64,000 nucleotides of DNA from Stegostoma tigrinum (lineage: Eukaryota), in NCBI RefSeq assembly GCF_030684315.1, contig NC_081379.1, forward strand, positions 29,031,947 through 29,095,946. The letters are read 5' to 3'. A model generated the notes under the pieces. The model was not told where the DNA came from and made no database searches. It saw only the letters and a list, made by a program, of their open reading frames with translations. This document shows positions 49,850 through 62,599 of the stretch, in pieces. Made by a program: the position numbers and the translations under genes. The first letter of the stretch is position 1; each line of letters begins with the position of its first letter.

Positions 49850-51290
49850 GTAAGTGTGAATCAAATTGTTATAAAAATTGCATCAGCTATTGTGGATGGT
49901 TCAGTTATAATTGGTGAGCTGGGAGTTGTCTATCTAAAGCTGATTGTATTGTCCAGATATTTATCTCAGACAATAACAGCACCTGAATAAGGGTCATATT
50001 TTATAAATGTTGAGTGTTTGTGTATGTTTTTAGTACAGAAAATTGAATCATTTGTGGCTCTATTGTATTTAGTTGTCCCTTTTGTGGTGGTGACAATGTA
50101 AGCTAGGACTAATATCTAACTATATGTAACATGGGACTAGGTGCATGTGTCAAAACCAGCAATGCAAATAAATAAGCAGTGATACACATTTGTGTATCTA
50201 ATTATATATCATGGCTCTAAATATGTACCTGTTTCTTGTCAGTGAATTTAAGTTGTCTTTCTGAAATGTATGACAACATTCTACTCATAACCTTCTGCAT
50301 TTCTAAGAGTTCAACTATTCCTCACTAGAAACACTTCTGATTTTTTTTGTCCCTCTTCTACATCGAGGAACAGGATATAGATTTTGGGACAGTATTGCGT
50401 ATTGGATATAAGCATATTGCACATTTAAGTGCAAGTTAGGGAAAGGATAAAGGGGGTAAATGTTGCATCTTGCAAAAATGAATCTAAATGAAAATTCTGT
50501 AGTTTACTATGGCATGGTGATGATTTGAAAACAAGATAATGTAAATTGCCAAAATGACAACTGATTTTAATGGTAAATCATCACCTTGAAAGTGCAAGTT
50601 TCAGCATAGTTGGTGTGGGCAAGGCCAATACAGGAGGAAGTTGACTGATGTCTGCAAAGACCATGATGCAGTGGTCAAGGTGCAGAGAGATTTGGTGCAG
50701 GTTGTAATTGCTTATTTAAATAGGGATAGCTTGTTAAATATAAAATGCCACAATTCGCGCACCTTAAATGAGCAACAAGATGTAAATGAGAAGCCTCACT
50801 GTATTTAAAGGAACAGATTGAAATGAAACTGAAAAACACTATCATGGAATTCTAAGAATGGGGTGTAGTAAAATGTGATTCAGGGAGATTTTGATGAGGG
50901 AAGCCCCTCAGATTGCATTTGACTTTTCTCCTAAATTCTGGTGAGGTTCTTGACATCAGAGCACATTATCTAGAAAGCCGACATTTATTATAATCGTATG
51001 AAGTAGTATTTGAAAAATGCAAGAATAAATAAGAAGAAAATATAAATTAATGGGAGGATAGGATCATTTGAAAAGGGAGTACAGGTCCCATCCAGAGTGA
51101 AGTCCAACGTGCACGCTGAAACTCAGGGGAACTGAATAGGAACACTGGCATGAATATACAAAGAAAAGGTGATAGCACCAAGAAATATGACTTAAGAATT
51201 ACTGTGTCCAGAACCTGCTTGGTTGAAAGCAAGTTTGATATTACATGTTGATCTATGTGAGTGCTATCATTAACCCTGATATTTTTCTAG

Positions 51291-51480
51291 GAGGGGCAAA
51301 GGTCGAACACAGCTTGCACTTGTACCTCGTGCATTACAACGGTTGCCTGTACCTGCAGCAAACACTGAAAATGGTACATGGAAGGATCAGGATGGCAATT
51401 CAAAAGGTGATTCCTCTGCTGTGGGCGAGACCAAAAAGATGACGAATGCAGACTTTGCAAAGATGCTGCTGAAAAAGTAA
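51291..51480 (+). CDS. SART3: SART3 exon 19 (last coding exon)
   Basis: RGKGRTQLALVPRALQR...KKMTNADFAKMLLKK-TAA. Confidence 0.96.
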
Positions 51481-52149
51481 CCTGATATTACAGCAATCAT
51501 TCTTATACTGCTGAATGTCTGAAAAAAAAATGTGAACTGCCTTTACAGAAACTATTTGCATCTTTAGGCATATGACTAGAGATTCTTATTAGCAGTACTG
51601 AAATGTAAATAATTAATTTTTTTTTAAAAGTTCGACAAGTGTTAAATACCCTTGATGGAAGCCCCATGTTGCTTTGCTTTGTCAGCATTTTTTAAGCAGT
51701 TGCCTTATTGTATTTACAGAGAATGGCTTTAATGTTTGTTTTGTTTGTATTGTGTTTTATAATTGTTAATGGTTAGTTTTAAACAGGTGCCCTGAAAGCT
51801 ATTGTTGTTTTGCATTTTTGGCAAAAATATCTATCACAGTAGGATTGCAGGGACCATTTCGTTGTTACTTCTGATATTGCTGTGATTTTTATATATGAAT
51901 TGTAATGCAACATCGGTTAAGAATCATGTTTTGGATTCATTGGTGAACAAAAAAAATCAGTGACAAAGTTGTCTTTCGGATGTGTTCATCAAAGCTTCAT
52001 CTGCCTTCTTGAAGGGCAGAAGGCTCCCTGAAGATGTAAGAATATGTCATTGAATACACGGCCTTGAACTAATTAAAAACTGTTTAAAACAAGGTATAAA
52101 AATCTATCCTTTCATTCTGAGCTATTGAGGCTGTCATTACTGATTTTGT

Positions 52150-52460
52150 ATTCAAAATGTGAATGCATGTTTGGGACTCACTCGTAGCTTTGTCAAATGG
52201 TGCTTTATGGGCTGAACTTCCACTCTAGTGATTTTGCAGTACATTTGAGACTGCTGTACTATCAGAATACCAGTTTTAAATGAGTTGTATATAAACCAAG
52301 GCTTCATATGCTTCCAGGAGAGGGACATTTCCTGGTGGCAGGCTGCTATTCACCTTTCAACCAATATCACAGTTGTACTACTGTTTAACAGGACTTTGTG
52401 CAAATTGGAAGCAACCTTAAATACTGTATTAAGGTGGCTATAAAACACTTGTTTCTTAAT
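52150..52460 (+). mobile_element. Decayed Deu/SacSINE1-like SINE
   Basis: TGCAGTAC...CTGCTGTACT and TGTGCAAATTGG motifs. Confidence 0.4.
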
Positions 52461-52685
52461 TTCGAGACAGTAACACCCCTCTTATCTTCTAGAGGGAAGG
52501 ATTATGACCAAGTGATATTCACATCACTCACTTGGGTCCAAATCATGTGAAATATTCTTTTGACTGGCAAAGGTGAGAGAGTGTTAAAAAAACGTCTCTC
52601 TGCCATGTTATGTACACTTGGGGCACGTATGTCACAATAGGTTTGACAATCCTGATATTGGATAAAAAAGGAGCCTTTGTGCCTT

Positions 52686-53480
52686 CAGAGATAATGGGTA
52701 CCGCAGATGCTGGAGAATCGGAGATAAGATGTAGAGCTGGATGAACACAGCAGGCCAAGCAGCATTTGAGGAGCTCAAAAGCTGATGATGTTTTGGGCCT
52801 AGACCCTTCATCAGAAAAGGGGGAGGAGGAGAGGGTTCTGAAATAAATAGGGAGCGGGGCGGAGGTGGATTGAAGACAGACAAGTTAAAGAGGCGGGGAT
52901 GGAGCCAGTAGAGGTGAGTGTAGGTGGGGAAGGGATAGGTTAAGGGAGCGGGATGAGGTCAGTAGGTAGGAGATGGGGGTGCGGCTTGAGGTGGGAACAG
53001 GTGAGAGGAAGAACAGGTTAGGGATGCGGGGACGAGCTGGGCTGGTTTTGGGATGCCGTAGGGGGAAGGGGAGATTTTGAAGCTTGTGAAATCCATTGGG
53101 CTGCAGGGTTCCCAAGCGGAATAGGAGTTGCTGTTCCTGCAATCTTCAGGTGACATCGTTGCAGGAGGCCCAGGATGGACATGTCGTCCAAGGGGAAGTT
53201 GAAATGGTTCGTGACTGGGAGGTTCAATTGTTTATTGTGAACCGAGCGTAGGTGTTCTGCAAAGCGGTCCCCAAGCCTCCGCTTGGTTTTCCCCACTGCA
53301 GAGGAGGCCACAATGGGTACAGAAGATGCAGTATACCACATTGGCAGATGTGCAAGTGAACTTCTGCTTGATGTAGAAAGTCTTCGAGGAGGTATGGGGG
53401 CAAGTATAGCACTTCCTGCGGTTGCAGGGGGAAGTGCTGGGTGTGGTGGGGTTGGAGGGGAGTGTGTGGAGCAATGTTTG
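52686..53480 (-). mobile_element. 5'-truncated Penelope-like element: GIY-YIG endonuclease remnant, 3' UTR and family A terminal repeat
   Basis: Frameshifted PCNRRKCYTCPH, FTCTSANVVYCIFCTHCGLL, GKTKRRLGDRFAEHLRSV, PVTNHFN and EQQLLFRLGTLQPNG; the terminal repeat is the same family as the fold-back arms. Confidence 0.88.
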
Positions 53481-55613
53481 GTCTGCCGGTCAATGAGATG
53501 GTGGCTGATCTGTTAATATTTCAAATTTCCACATTCTACCCCTGAATCTTTACTTTCCTTGCTGAACAAGAATATAATGCCTCTTCATAACTTGTCAATT
53601 TAGGGAAATAAATTTTGCCTCACCCTGGTCTGGGTGACTACTCCAAATTCACAGTAATGCAACTGACACTTACCTGCCCTCTGAAAGAGCAAGGTCTTAG
53701 TTCAAGAACTCATTAGAGTAGGATGCCCGTAAGACCCACATTGCATGAATGAATAAACAAAAAGACTATGACATTATTGTTTATTCATCTTGAGATGATC
53801 AAGGGCAACCATTGTTTTCCAATAATCAGTAAGGGTTAGCATAAGAAATAGGAGTCGGCCATTCAGCTCCTCAAGCCTGCTCTGCCTTTCAACAGGATTA
53901 TGGTTGATCTGATGTTCCTCATGTCCACTTTCCAGCTGTAACTCTGTAAACCTTGCCTTAGCAGCGAAAAACAGTAAAAATCCTTGTAGCTAACAACATC
54001 TAAATTTGGTTGTAACACTAACCCCTTTTATCAATGCACCATAAATTATTGATGGTAAAGCAGGATATTCCATATTTTCCAAAGCACATTGCTGCTTTCA
54101 CATCACCTGAAACAATTTAACCTTAGACAAGTTGAAATTGATTTGTTTTGTGTCAGTCAGTTAGAAATCAAATCTGTCAAGAAATATAGGTTCGGCAAGG
54201 GTTTTCCACATGGCCTTTGTTCCACAACAGCACACCAAAAGGAAAAAAAGTCGAGGCTACCACTGATGCCAAAATACTTTATTATTTACATCTTAAATAC
54301 TTAAATATATTTATTTATAAGTATCTATGTTTCACAAACCATTTAAATAAGGCTTTATTTATACAAAGTGCAATTTCTCAAACATCTCACTGGCCAGATG
54401 GGTTGTTGTCCAATGAAACTTGTTAACACTGGTCTTTCATTCTAATTCTTGGTGATTTCAATTTCAAGTGCAAGATTTTAGTTAAAAAAAGATTAATAGA
54501 AATGGTAAAACAAGAACCAGTTTCTCCTGTCGTGACAGGAAATGATAGTTTGAAGGAATGCAGTTCTCAGTTTTTAATCAATCAACATAATTGTATGCAT
54601 CTAACACTCCAGGAATACCAGCAGCTAGATACAATTAACCTTGACTGGTATCTTTCTCAATGTCAGCATATCTGAAACACTTCAAATGATTAGGTAGCTT
54701 TTTGAAAAAATTCGACATTTTACAGTTGCACTCAGCGATCTTTCATTGTATTGTTCAGTTTGGAACAACTACTGAAGTATTAGACTCTAGCTTCGCTACA
54801 TGCTGTAATTTTAGCAAATACAAAACTATTGGAACAACGGAGTGTGATTTCTTTTTTGTTTAAGCCTACTGGATTGTTAAAAAAACAATGCCACCAAAAC
54901 AAAGAAAAAAACCCAGCACAGATAATAAACTGGAGTGAACCTTATAAACAAAATAAAAAGCTTCTTCTAGCAAGTACTGAGAGACCAGACAAAGTGAATG
55001 AACAATACTACTGACCAGACATTCTCCTTCCTCCCGATCTTTCTCTCCACCTTCTCATTCAATCCAGCCTCTCAAATGATTTTCACCCCTCACTACAAGT
55101 TGTGGGCCTGACATTTTATTTAACTCTTGAAAGTATACACAGCCCATCTGTCATTACGTCCATCATGTTTATGTTGAGACCATCATAAAATGGACTCTAA
55201 ACATGAACGCTCGAAATCAGGGGTAGCCGGGACAGTATGGATTACAGATCAGCTTGAAGAAATACAGTCCCAATTAAGCTATGGCAACAGCTCAGAACAT
55301 GACCAGTTTAAATCACATCCTGTACCTGGGTATAACCCAGAATATGTAAATAGCTTCAGTGGGGTTTTTTTTTACAGCTCTAACCTGCAGGTCCAAACTG
55401 TTAAGTAACCAGCATTACAAAATGCAAACATGCATGCCTGGTTCAAGAAGTGGTGAGAAAGCCAAGCAAAAAAAAACCTAATGTGCACAACCCTTTAGAA
55501 ATGAACTTGACAAGTTTCTGAACTGAAGGAACCAATCTTGACTAAAATTTAGACTGATGACAGTCCCAGCAACTCGACTGAAGTCCATAAATAGCGTGGA
55601 TCAATGAGATAGG

Positions 55614-56695
55614 TTAATTTTTAATCAGAATTGTTTGTGTATAATCTGAATGGTTAGGATTAGCTTCAGGTAAACCTTTGTCCACAGAGTGATCGGTTGT
55701 TGCAATTAGCAGTAAGTCAAGAGTCATTTCTGTGCACTTTCCAATGAAACGAATAAATGGCCTTACATCTCCCTCATTGGCCAAGTCTAGTGCACTATAA
55801 TATTCAGCCCTTTGTTCCTTGCGGATAGTGACAGGCGGGTAACCTGCCTGCATTAAGATTAGATTCATAAGTAGTCGTGCTGTCCTTCCGTTTCCATCTA
55901 TAAAGGGATGGATGTAGACAAGTTTATAATGTGCAAGAGCAGCAATTTCAACAGGATGTAGACTCATGGCTTCTTCAGAATTCAACCACTGAACCAGCTC
56001 CTGCATTTGTTTCTTTACATCCCTTGGATGGGGAGGAATGTGGTGACCCACAAAGACTTGATTGATCCGAAATCTGCCAGCTTCCACAGGATCAACATAT
56101 CCTAAAACTCTTTTGTGAATCTGTAAAATATCATCAATATTAACAGATCCAATTCTGGATACTAAAGATTTGTTGAGATATTTCATGGCTGCATCAACCC
56201 CAATAACTTCATTCTGTTCCATCAGGCTTTTTCCAGGCACAGCATACCTAGTTTCTATGATATGCCTGATTTCAGACAGCGTCAGTGTATTCCCCTCAAT
56301 TGCCACAGTGTGATAAATATGATGGTAATAACTTTCTTCCAATACACGGTTCAGTGCTGCATTCCCTTTGGGTATAGCCATCAGTTTTTTAACTTTCCGG
56401 TCAAGAATACTAAATTGTTTTTGGTCAATTTCTTCCACCAACGGTAATGTCCTGTCACGGTTGACCAATGCTTTCTCATCGCACGGAGAAATGGTCAAAG
56501 CCTTTGTATATAAGTGGTCAGCCTGAATAACATCCTTATCTTCTTCCATGAAGACACCCAATTCAGTTAAAGCATCTACATAATTAGGGTCCATGTTGAG
56601 GGCATGCATAAATAGCCTGTATGCCTTCTCACGCTTTCCCAGACGTTTCATCTCCAGAGCCTGGTGCAGAGCAGCTTTTGCTTCCAACTGGATTT
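55614..56695 (-). CDS. FICD: FICD last exon (TPR plus Fic domain; BiP AMPylase/deAMPylase)
   Basis: Inhibitory TVAIEGN and catalytic [12 protein letters not shown] motifs; acceptor tttcag|AA ATC CAG TTG; TAA stop. Confidence 0.98.
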
Positions 56696-58299
56696 CTGAA
56701 ATTAAAAATCAGTTTCTAATGTAACCATAGCCAATTGTACTGTGTAGTCTAGAATAGCACAAGATTTTTGGATGTTTGAAATTACTACACAGGAATAGTA
56801 ACTCATTCTAATCAGATCTTTAACCAACTGTAATCCATTATGTAAAACGTTACACACTGGCTGCAATGTGGACTTTTGTTCTGGATTTCTGCAACCAGTA
56901 ACTGTGGAACAAGTCATCTATCAGTCAGCGGATGTTAAAAAAATTCTCAAAACAGAGAGTAAAATCCAAGACTCATACTGATAGCTGAATGGTGTTGCAC
57001 AGATCCAAAACAACACAATTAAAATTTTTTAAAGCATAGATGATTCAAATGGGAAAGAAATTTTTTTTCATTAACACTGCAATTTTCATTTTTTTTCTAA
57101 GTTTAGAATCCAGAAGCACATGGAACAAGGAACCAAATTTTATAACAGCATCCTGGTTGATATTAGGCAGCATACAGATATTTTTCTCCTGATGTTTTAT
57201 TAAAATCTGGGCTGAATGTAATACTGCTCTGACTTTCTTTTAAGCATCGTGAGATCCTTACAGACCACAGAGAAACCAGGCTCTTAAGTTGCACTCTGAA
57301 ATTCTCTGCCACCATTCATACTTATTCAAAAATAATTGATTTAGCCGAAAAAAAGTGACTAGTTACATAACAGTGGACAGGGTACCAAGATAATCTCCTG
57401 CTGGGAACTGATTCAAAGGAGCAGTAAGCAGAAAACTCACAAGTACATTAACTAACCAGATTTTATATAATGCAAATGGCCATAATCAGATGTTGTCAGA
57501 TAAATAACACAATGCAAATGATCAACGCTCTCAAACAACATCATATCCTAAACTGATAGTGACCTTCGGGTATATTTATAGAAAATGCCGACAGGCCTGC
57601 GGCTGGATAATTCTCTCTCTCTAGCATCATTCACATCCGCTCCCGCCTCAACCCTGAAAGAGTAATTCAAGGATCTTTGAATCTACAGACCAATGTACCT
57701 TCTAATTTATTTTTGCAGTTTGATGGCAATTTATTCATGTGTGCAGGCCTTTTAAATATTTTGTGGGGAAACCTGGGCCAACTTGTGCATGGAAACCTTT
57801 GCATAATTACAGGTTAAAAGAAAAAAACTGCTCCAGATTTGACTATCACAATGGCTGCCTGCCAGCCAGCATCTACCACTCTCCATAAACCTACAGCATG
57901 CGTTCTGAACTTGCACTAATTGCTATTCAGCTTCTGCCCACTCATCCACATTGTGAATTTTGACTCCCACTACCCCAGTGTTAGTGAGTTTGATCCTTGC
58001 TGTGATTATACTCTTTCCGAGGTATGTCATCCTCGTCAGCCTTATAACGCTCTGAGAATGCTACATATCTCCAATTCTGGTTTGTGAATCCCCAACATCC
58101 ACACGACTGACAGCTAATGTATTTTACTACCAAATCCTCAGTTAGGGAATTCCATTCCTAAGCTCTGTCTTACTGTTTATCCTGTTAAGTCTGACCCCAA
58201 AAGAAAACCGCTGAGCAAGCTTTGGGTCACCTTTGGCTTAGTGTTAATTTTTTGTGGTTTGCTGCTGTAATGTTTTACTGCATTCAAGGTGTGGACTGG

Positions 58300-58720
58300 C
58301 AAGGGCGCAGAGGAGATTCACCAAGATATTAGCTGGGCAAGACTGATTCAGCTACAAATTCTTCTAGGAGTAGAAAACTGAGAGGGGAACGAAATGAAGT
58401 GTACAACGTAACAATGGCCTTGGACTACAGTGAAAAACTTTTCACTCAGTAGAGGGGGCAATAACCAGGATGCACAGTTTTAAAGTAAGCAGCTGATGGT
58501 TGACAGGGGATTTGAGGGAAATAAAAATCATACTGTAGGCACTTGGAGCTCAATGCCTAAAAGGATGGTAGAAATAGGAAACCTCAATACATTTAAGTAG
58601 TATTCAGAGAAGCACTTCAAAACACCACCGCATATTAGGCAACGGGCCAAGTGCTGGGAAATGGGATCGGAATAGATGGACGTTTGATGGTGGGATACGA
58701 TGGACCGAAAGGATGCTTAC
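58300..58720 (+). mobile_element. CR1 3' fragment
   Basis: GGGCGCAGAGGAGATTCACCAAGAT...GGGCCAAGTGCTGGGAAATGGGAT. Confidence 0.7.
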
Positions 58721-58996
58721 CTGCTAATTAAGGGATCTGCGTGTCTCTAAATGCTAACCGTTGCTGGTGAATGTGACAAATATGGTCACGATGAAGTTTT
58801 GAGAAGTAGCGAGTTGCTGAGGAGCCAGGAACAGGTTTGCATCGCCATCACTTTGAGGGTGATGGGGATGCAAACCTGCTGGAGGCCGCGGCGAATGGCC
58901 AGTCTGAAGCGATAGGGCCTCGGACGCCGGTCAGCAGCGGGAGGTGCCAGGGTTCTCCAGCAACGCTCCGACTGTGTGTGTGCGTGTGTGTCTTAC

Positions 58997-59225
58997 CTGG
59001 TCCCGCTTTCCGCCTGAGGGCCCAGGCCTCCTCCAGCTGGCTCAGCTCCACTCCACTGTAGGTCAGGCTGAGCCCGGTACTCCGATCGCCGTCCAGGCCA
59101 ATCTCCCAGAGGCGCCGCCGCAACGAACACAAGCCGTCCCGGAGGTGCGGGAGAAACACGGCGGTGAGCGAGCCGAGCAACACGGCCCCAGCCGCCGCCG
59201 ATAGGCGCCTGCTGCTCAGGCCCAT
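58997..59225 (-). CDS. FICD: FICD first coding exon (signal-anchor)
   Basis: Kozak GCCATGG; MGLSSRRLSAAAGAVLLGSLTAVFLPHL...STGLSLT...KAGP; phase-1 donor G|gtaaga matches the next exon; 436 aa in total. Confidence 0.9.
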
Positions 59226-59239
59226 GGCGACAGCTCCTC

Positions 59240-59410
59240 TCCGAAACCAGGCCCGCCTCCCCTCTCCAATTCCTCATTGGTCCGCCGTTGGGAACGTCCC
59301 TCACCACCTATTGGGTGACACGCTTCTCAATCATTATCTGGACCAATAGAAAATGGCAACGTCGCTCGTACTCAGCCATTCAGGTTGTAAACCGCTGCGG
59401 GTGTGATGTC
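59240..59410 (-). promoter_or_regulatory. FICD CpG promoter with CCAAT boxes and GC box
   Basis: CCAAT/ATTGG at 59266, 59276, 59310 and 59343; GC box at 59251-59260; CpG-rich. Confidence 0.7.
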
Positions 59411-59528
59411 AACAATGGGCTTTTGTTGCACCTGCTGAGAATCCCAAAGAAGTGGTGATGAGGATGAGTGACTGCAGCTCCATCACTGCAACGAACAGCA
59501 AACGCTGTACTGTGCTGCACCCCATAGT

Positions 59529-59700
59529 AAGTCAGAAGTCACACGACACCAAGTTGCAGCGCAACAAGTTCATTTGAAATCGCAAGCTTTCGGTGAAGGG
59601 GGCAGCGCCTCGATAGCTTGTGATTTCAAATGTACCTGTTTGGGCTATAACCTGGTGTCATGTGACTTTTGACCTTGTCCAACACCTGCACCTCCACATC
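59529..59700. mobile_element. Fold-back element family B with hammerhead remnant
   Basis: Inverted arms homologous to 6906-7064; TGAA-GGGGGC-AGC-GCCTC-GATA-GCTT at 59594-59619; possible TSD ACCCCATAG/ACCCCAGAG. Confidence 0.7.
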
Positions 59701-59770
59701 AAAACCCCAGAGCGGACCAGTGCAAGAGAATGCAGCTCCCCATTGAATAAAAGAGAGCAGGAGACTGCAG

Positions 59771-59936
59771 GTAACAAGCTGCAGAGCTGGATGAACACAG
59801 CAGGCCAAGTAGCATCAGAGGAGCCGGAACGCCGACGTTTTGGGCCTAGACCCTTCATCAGAAACGATGTCTGTGTTCATCCAGCTCTACACCTTGTTAT
59901 CTCAGATTCTCCAGCATCTGCAGTTCCCACTATCTG
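59771..59936. mobile_element. Family A fold-back element with 11 bp TSD
   Basis: GGAGACTGCAG at 59760-59770 and 59937-59947; inverted arms. Confidence 0.75.
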
Positions 59937-60179
59937 GGAGACTGCAGATTATCGGTGAAGATATTACAGCAGGAGACTGCTGATCCGCACTGAACACACG
60001 AGAACCGGAGGCTGCAGATTTCTGTGAATAGACCAGAGCAGGAGACTGCAGATCCCTCATAAACAGGCCAGTCCTGAAAAAGTTTTACTTGAACTGAAAC
60101 GTCAACTCTGATTCTCTCCACAAATGCTGCCAGATCTGATGAGCTTTTCCAGCAATTTCTGTTTTTATTTGAGACCACA

Positions 60180-61695
60180 GCAAGATTCTGTGTCACAATG
60201 AAATTAGCATAGACAAAAACGAGGTAATGAATTTCTTGCAGGCTTTAAAGCCACAATGTATCCCAGGTTGTTGAATTAGGCAAGGAAGGAAATAGCAGGA
60301 ATACTTGAAAAAGAATGTTCAATTCCTCCCTGGCCACAGAAGTGTCAGAGGACTAGAGGACAGCTAATGTTATACTATTATTCAAGAAGGAAACAAAGGT
60401 TAAACTAGTCTAACCTCAGCAATAAGGAAACTTTTGGAAGCAATTCTTAAGGATCAATTTGGACAGGGAAGTATTGAGCAAAAAGAGCCAGTATGGTTTT
60501 GTTAAGGGGAGGTCACATGTGATGAACGTGACTGAATTTTTTGAAGAGATGACTTGTTGTGTAGATGAAGGCAATGCTTTTGCTGTAGTCTGTTTGGATT
60601 TACAGTAAGGCTTTTGATAAGTTACTTCATGGGAAGCCAATAGCAAATGGGATTCAAAGAAATGTGGTGAATTGGACCTGCAACTGGCTGGTGGCAGGAA
60701 TCAGATGGGCCAGGGGTGTGTTTTTCTTCAACTGGAAGTCTGTGTCCAGTAGGTCCCATAAGGATCAGTATTAGGGCCCTTGCTGTTTGTGGTTTATATG
60801 ACTGATATAGACTTGAACCCAGGATGGTTGATCAGTAAGTTTGCAGGTGATACAAAAAGTGGTGGGGTGGTAAATAATGAGGACGGTAGCCTTGGATTAC
60901 AGCAGGATAAAGACAAGCTGGTCAGTGGCAAATGGATTCTGTTTGGGTAAGTGTGGCAGTGATGCATTTGGAACAGGAGAAACAAGGCAAGGGAATACAT
61001 GATGAACAGCAGGATCCTGGGAAGCACTGAGAATCAGAAGCACCTTGGTGTAGACCAAGTATTTGGACAGTCAGCTAAAGTGATTAAGGTGGCAAAAGGT
61101 ATACTTGCTTTTATGAGCTGAGGTTTGGAGTTTAAGAGCAGAGTGGTTATTGCTGGAACTTATAACATTCTAACTGTGGCCTGACATTTTATGTACAGTT
61201 TTGGAATCCACATTTTTTAGTGGTTACACTGGAGAGAACACAGATTTACCAAGATGGTGCCTGAGCTGGACAGTTTCAGTTATGAAGACAGAGTGGAAGC
61301 ATAGGGTTGTTTTCCTTAAAAGATAAGGTTAGTGATAGGACACGTTTGAGATGTAAAAAATTGAGGAGCATAGATAGTGTAGGCAGGAAGAAATGTTTTC
61401 CCCTTGATGAAGGAACCAATGACCAGGGGATTTGGATTTAAGGCAAGGGGCAGAGGCAGATTTAGAGAGGATGTGAAGAAAAACATTTTCACCTAAAGCG
61501 ATGGTGGGAAATCTGGAACTCATTGTCTGTGACGGTGGTACAGGCAAAAACCAGCATAACATGCAAGTAGTATGCACTTGTATGCCCTGGCATCACAAGA
61601 CTACGGCCCAAGTGCTGCAAAATGGGGTTACAGTAATTTGGTAGTTGTTTTCAATTGGCCATCGTGTCTGCACCAAAGGCCCTTTTTTCTGGGCT
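60180..61695 (+). mobile_element. Decayed CR1 LINE (RT to 3' UTR)
   Basis: [26 protein letters not shown] and ISKFAGDTK remnants; CR1 3' end. Confidence 0.85.
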
Positions 61696-62599
61696 GGAGA
61701 TCTCCATGATTTTATGACTGCAGACACATACCCAATGAGCAGATCAGAGCAGGAGACTGCAGATGTTAGAGATGTGAAATGGAAAGTGCTTGAGTCCAGT
61801 GACTGGATAGGGGCTTGAAACTGATGGTGTTTATGCTGTTGAGAGGGAGGGAAGGAAGGAGGAGGAGAAGGAAAAGGAGGACGATTTACCTGGATGATTG
61901 CGGCTCCTCCAAGAACAGCCAAGAAGCTATAATCCTCAGTTAAGAAAAGTAGAAATATTGAAGGGATCCTGTAGTAGGTCTTTTGCTCTGAACAACCTCA
62001 CCAACTGTTTCACTAGCTTCTCCAACCACTTCGTCAACAGCATGAAAATCATTATTTCCAGCCCCCATCAACACCATTATTATTGAGTCAAAACCTGAAC
62101 TGTTTATCTCTCCACAGATGCTTTCAGACTAGCTGAGCATTTCCAAATATTTTTAATTTTTTATAACATTTTACTTTTGTATATAAAATGAAACCTTTCC
62201 ATCAACGCCATGGCATTTTATTCAGTGAGCACTTCAGTATGTCCAGTTGAAGCCACTGAAGGTTATCCATTCATCAGCAGCAGATGCCATTAATCATATA
62301 TTGGCTTTTAAAAAAAAAGCTCAAAAGAATCTGCTGCAATTTTACTGTTTACTGGAAACAGTGAAGTATCATGCATTAGAAAAAACACAGATGCAACATG
62401 TGCTATACAAAACTAAAGCAACTTAAAAAGCAAGGCATAGACAAAAAGTTGGAAACAAGTGTTATTTTGCTTCATGTAGTTGACATTGGTACTGTTCTTT
62501 CTACTGCTCCCTCAACTACTTGCAGTTGTCTGCCCTATCAACTGTACAAGGTGAAATAAGTATCCCATCAATGCTTTGTCCCCCTAGGAAAGGAAGCTC

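Larger units (their letters stand above)
21184..51480 (+). other. SART3: SART3 gene span (U6 snRNP recycling factor p110/Prp24 homolog; 19 coding exons, 922 aa)
   Basis: Spliced CDS of 2769 nt, phases consistent, all introns GT-AG; HAT repeats, NLS-like basic region, two RRMs, C-terminal LSm-binding motif MTNADFAKMLLKK. Confidence 0.97.

Noticed and set aside
52780-52815. Hammerhead terminating FICD read-through transcripts
   Set aside because: The core is mutated (GAAA>AAAA), so it is likely inactive.
55614-56687. Bacterial Fic toxin or horizontal transfer
   Set aside because: It is the spliced eukaryotic FICD ortholog in its conserved syntenic position.
59710-60070. CRISPR-like repeat-spacer array
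   Set aside because: Repeats are degenerate, the spacers are short and resemble each other, the context is vertebrate, and there are no cas genes.
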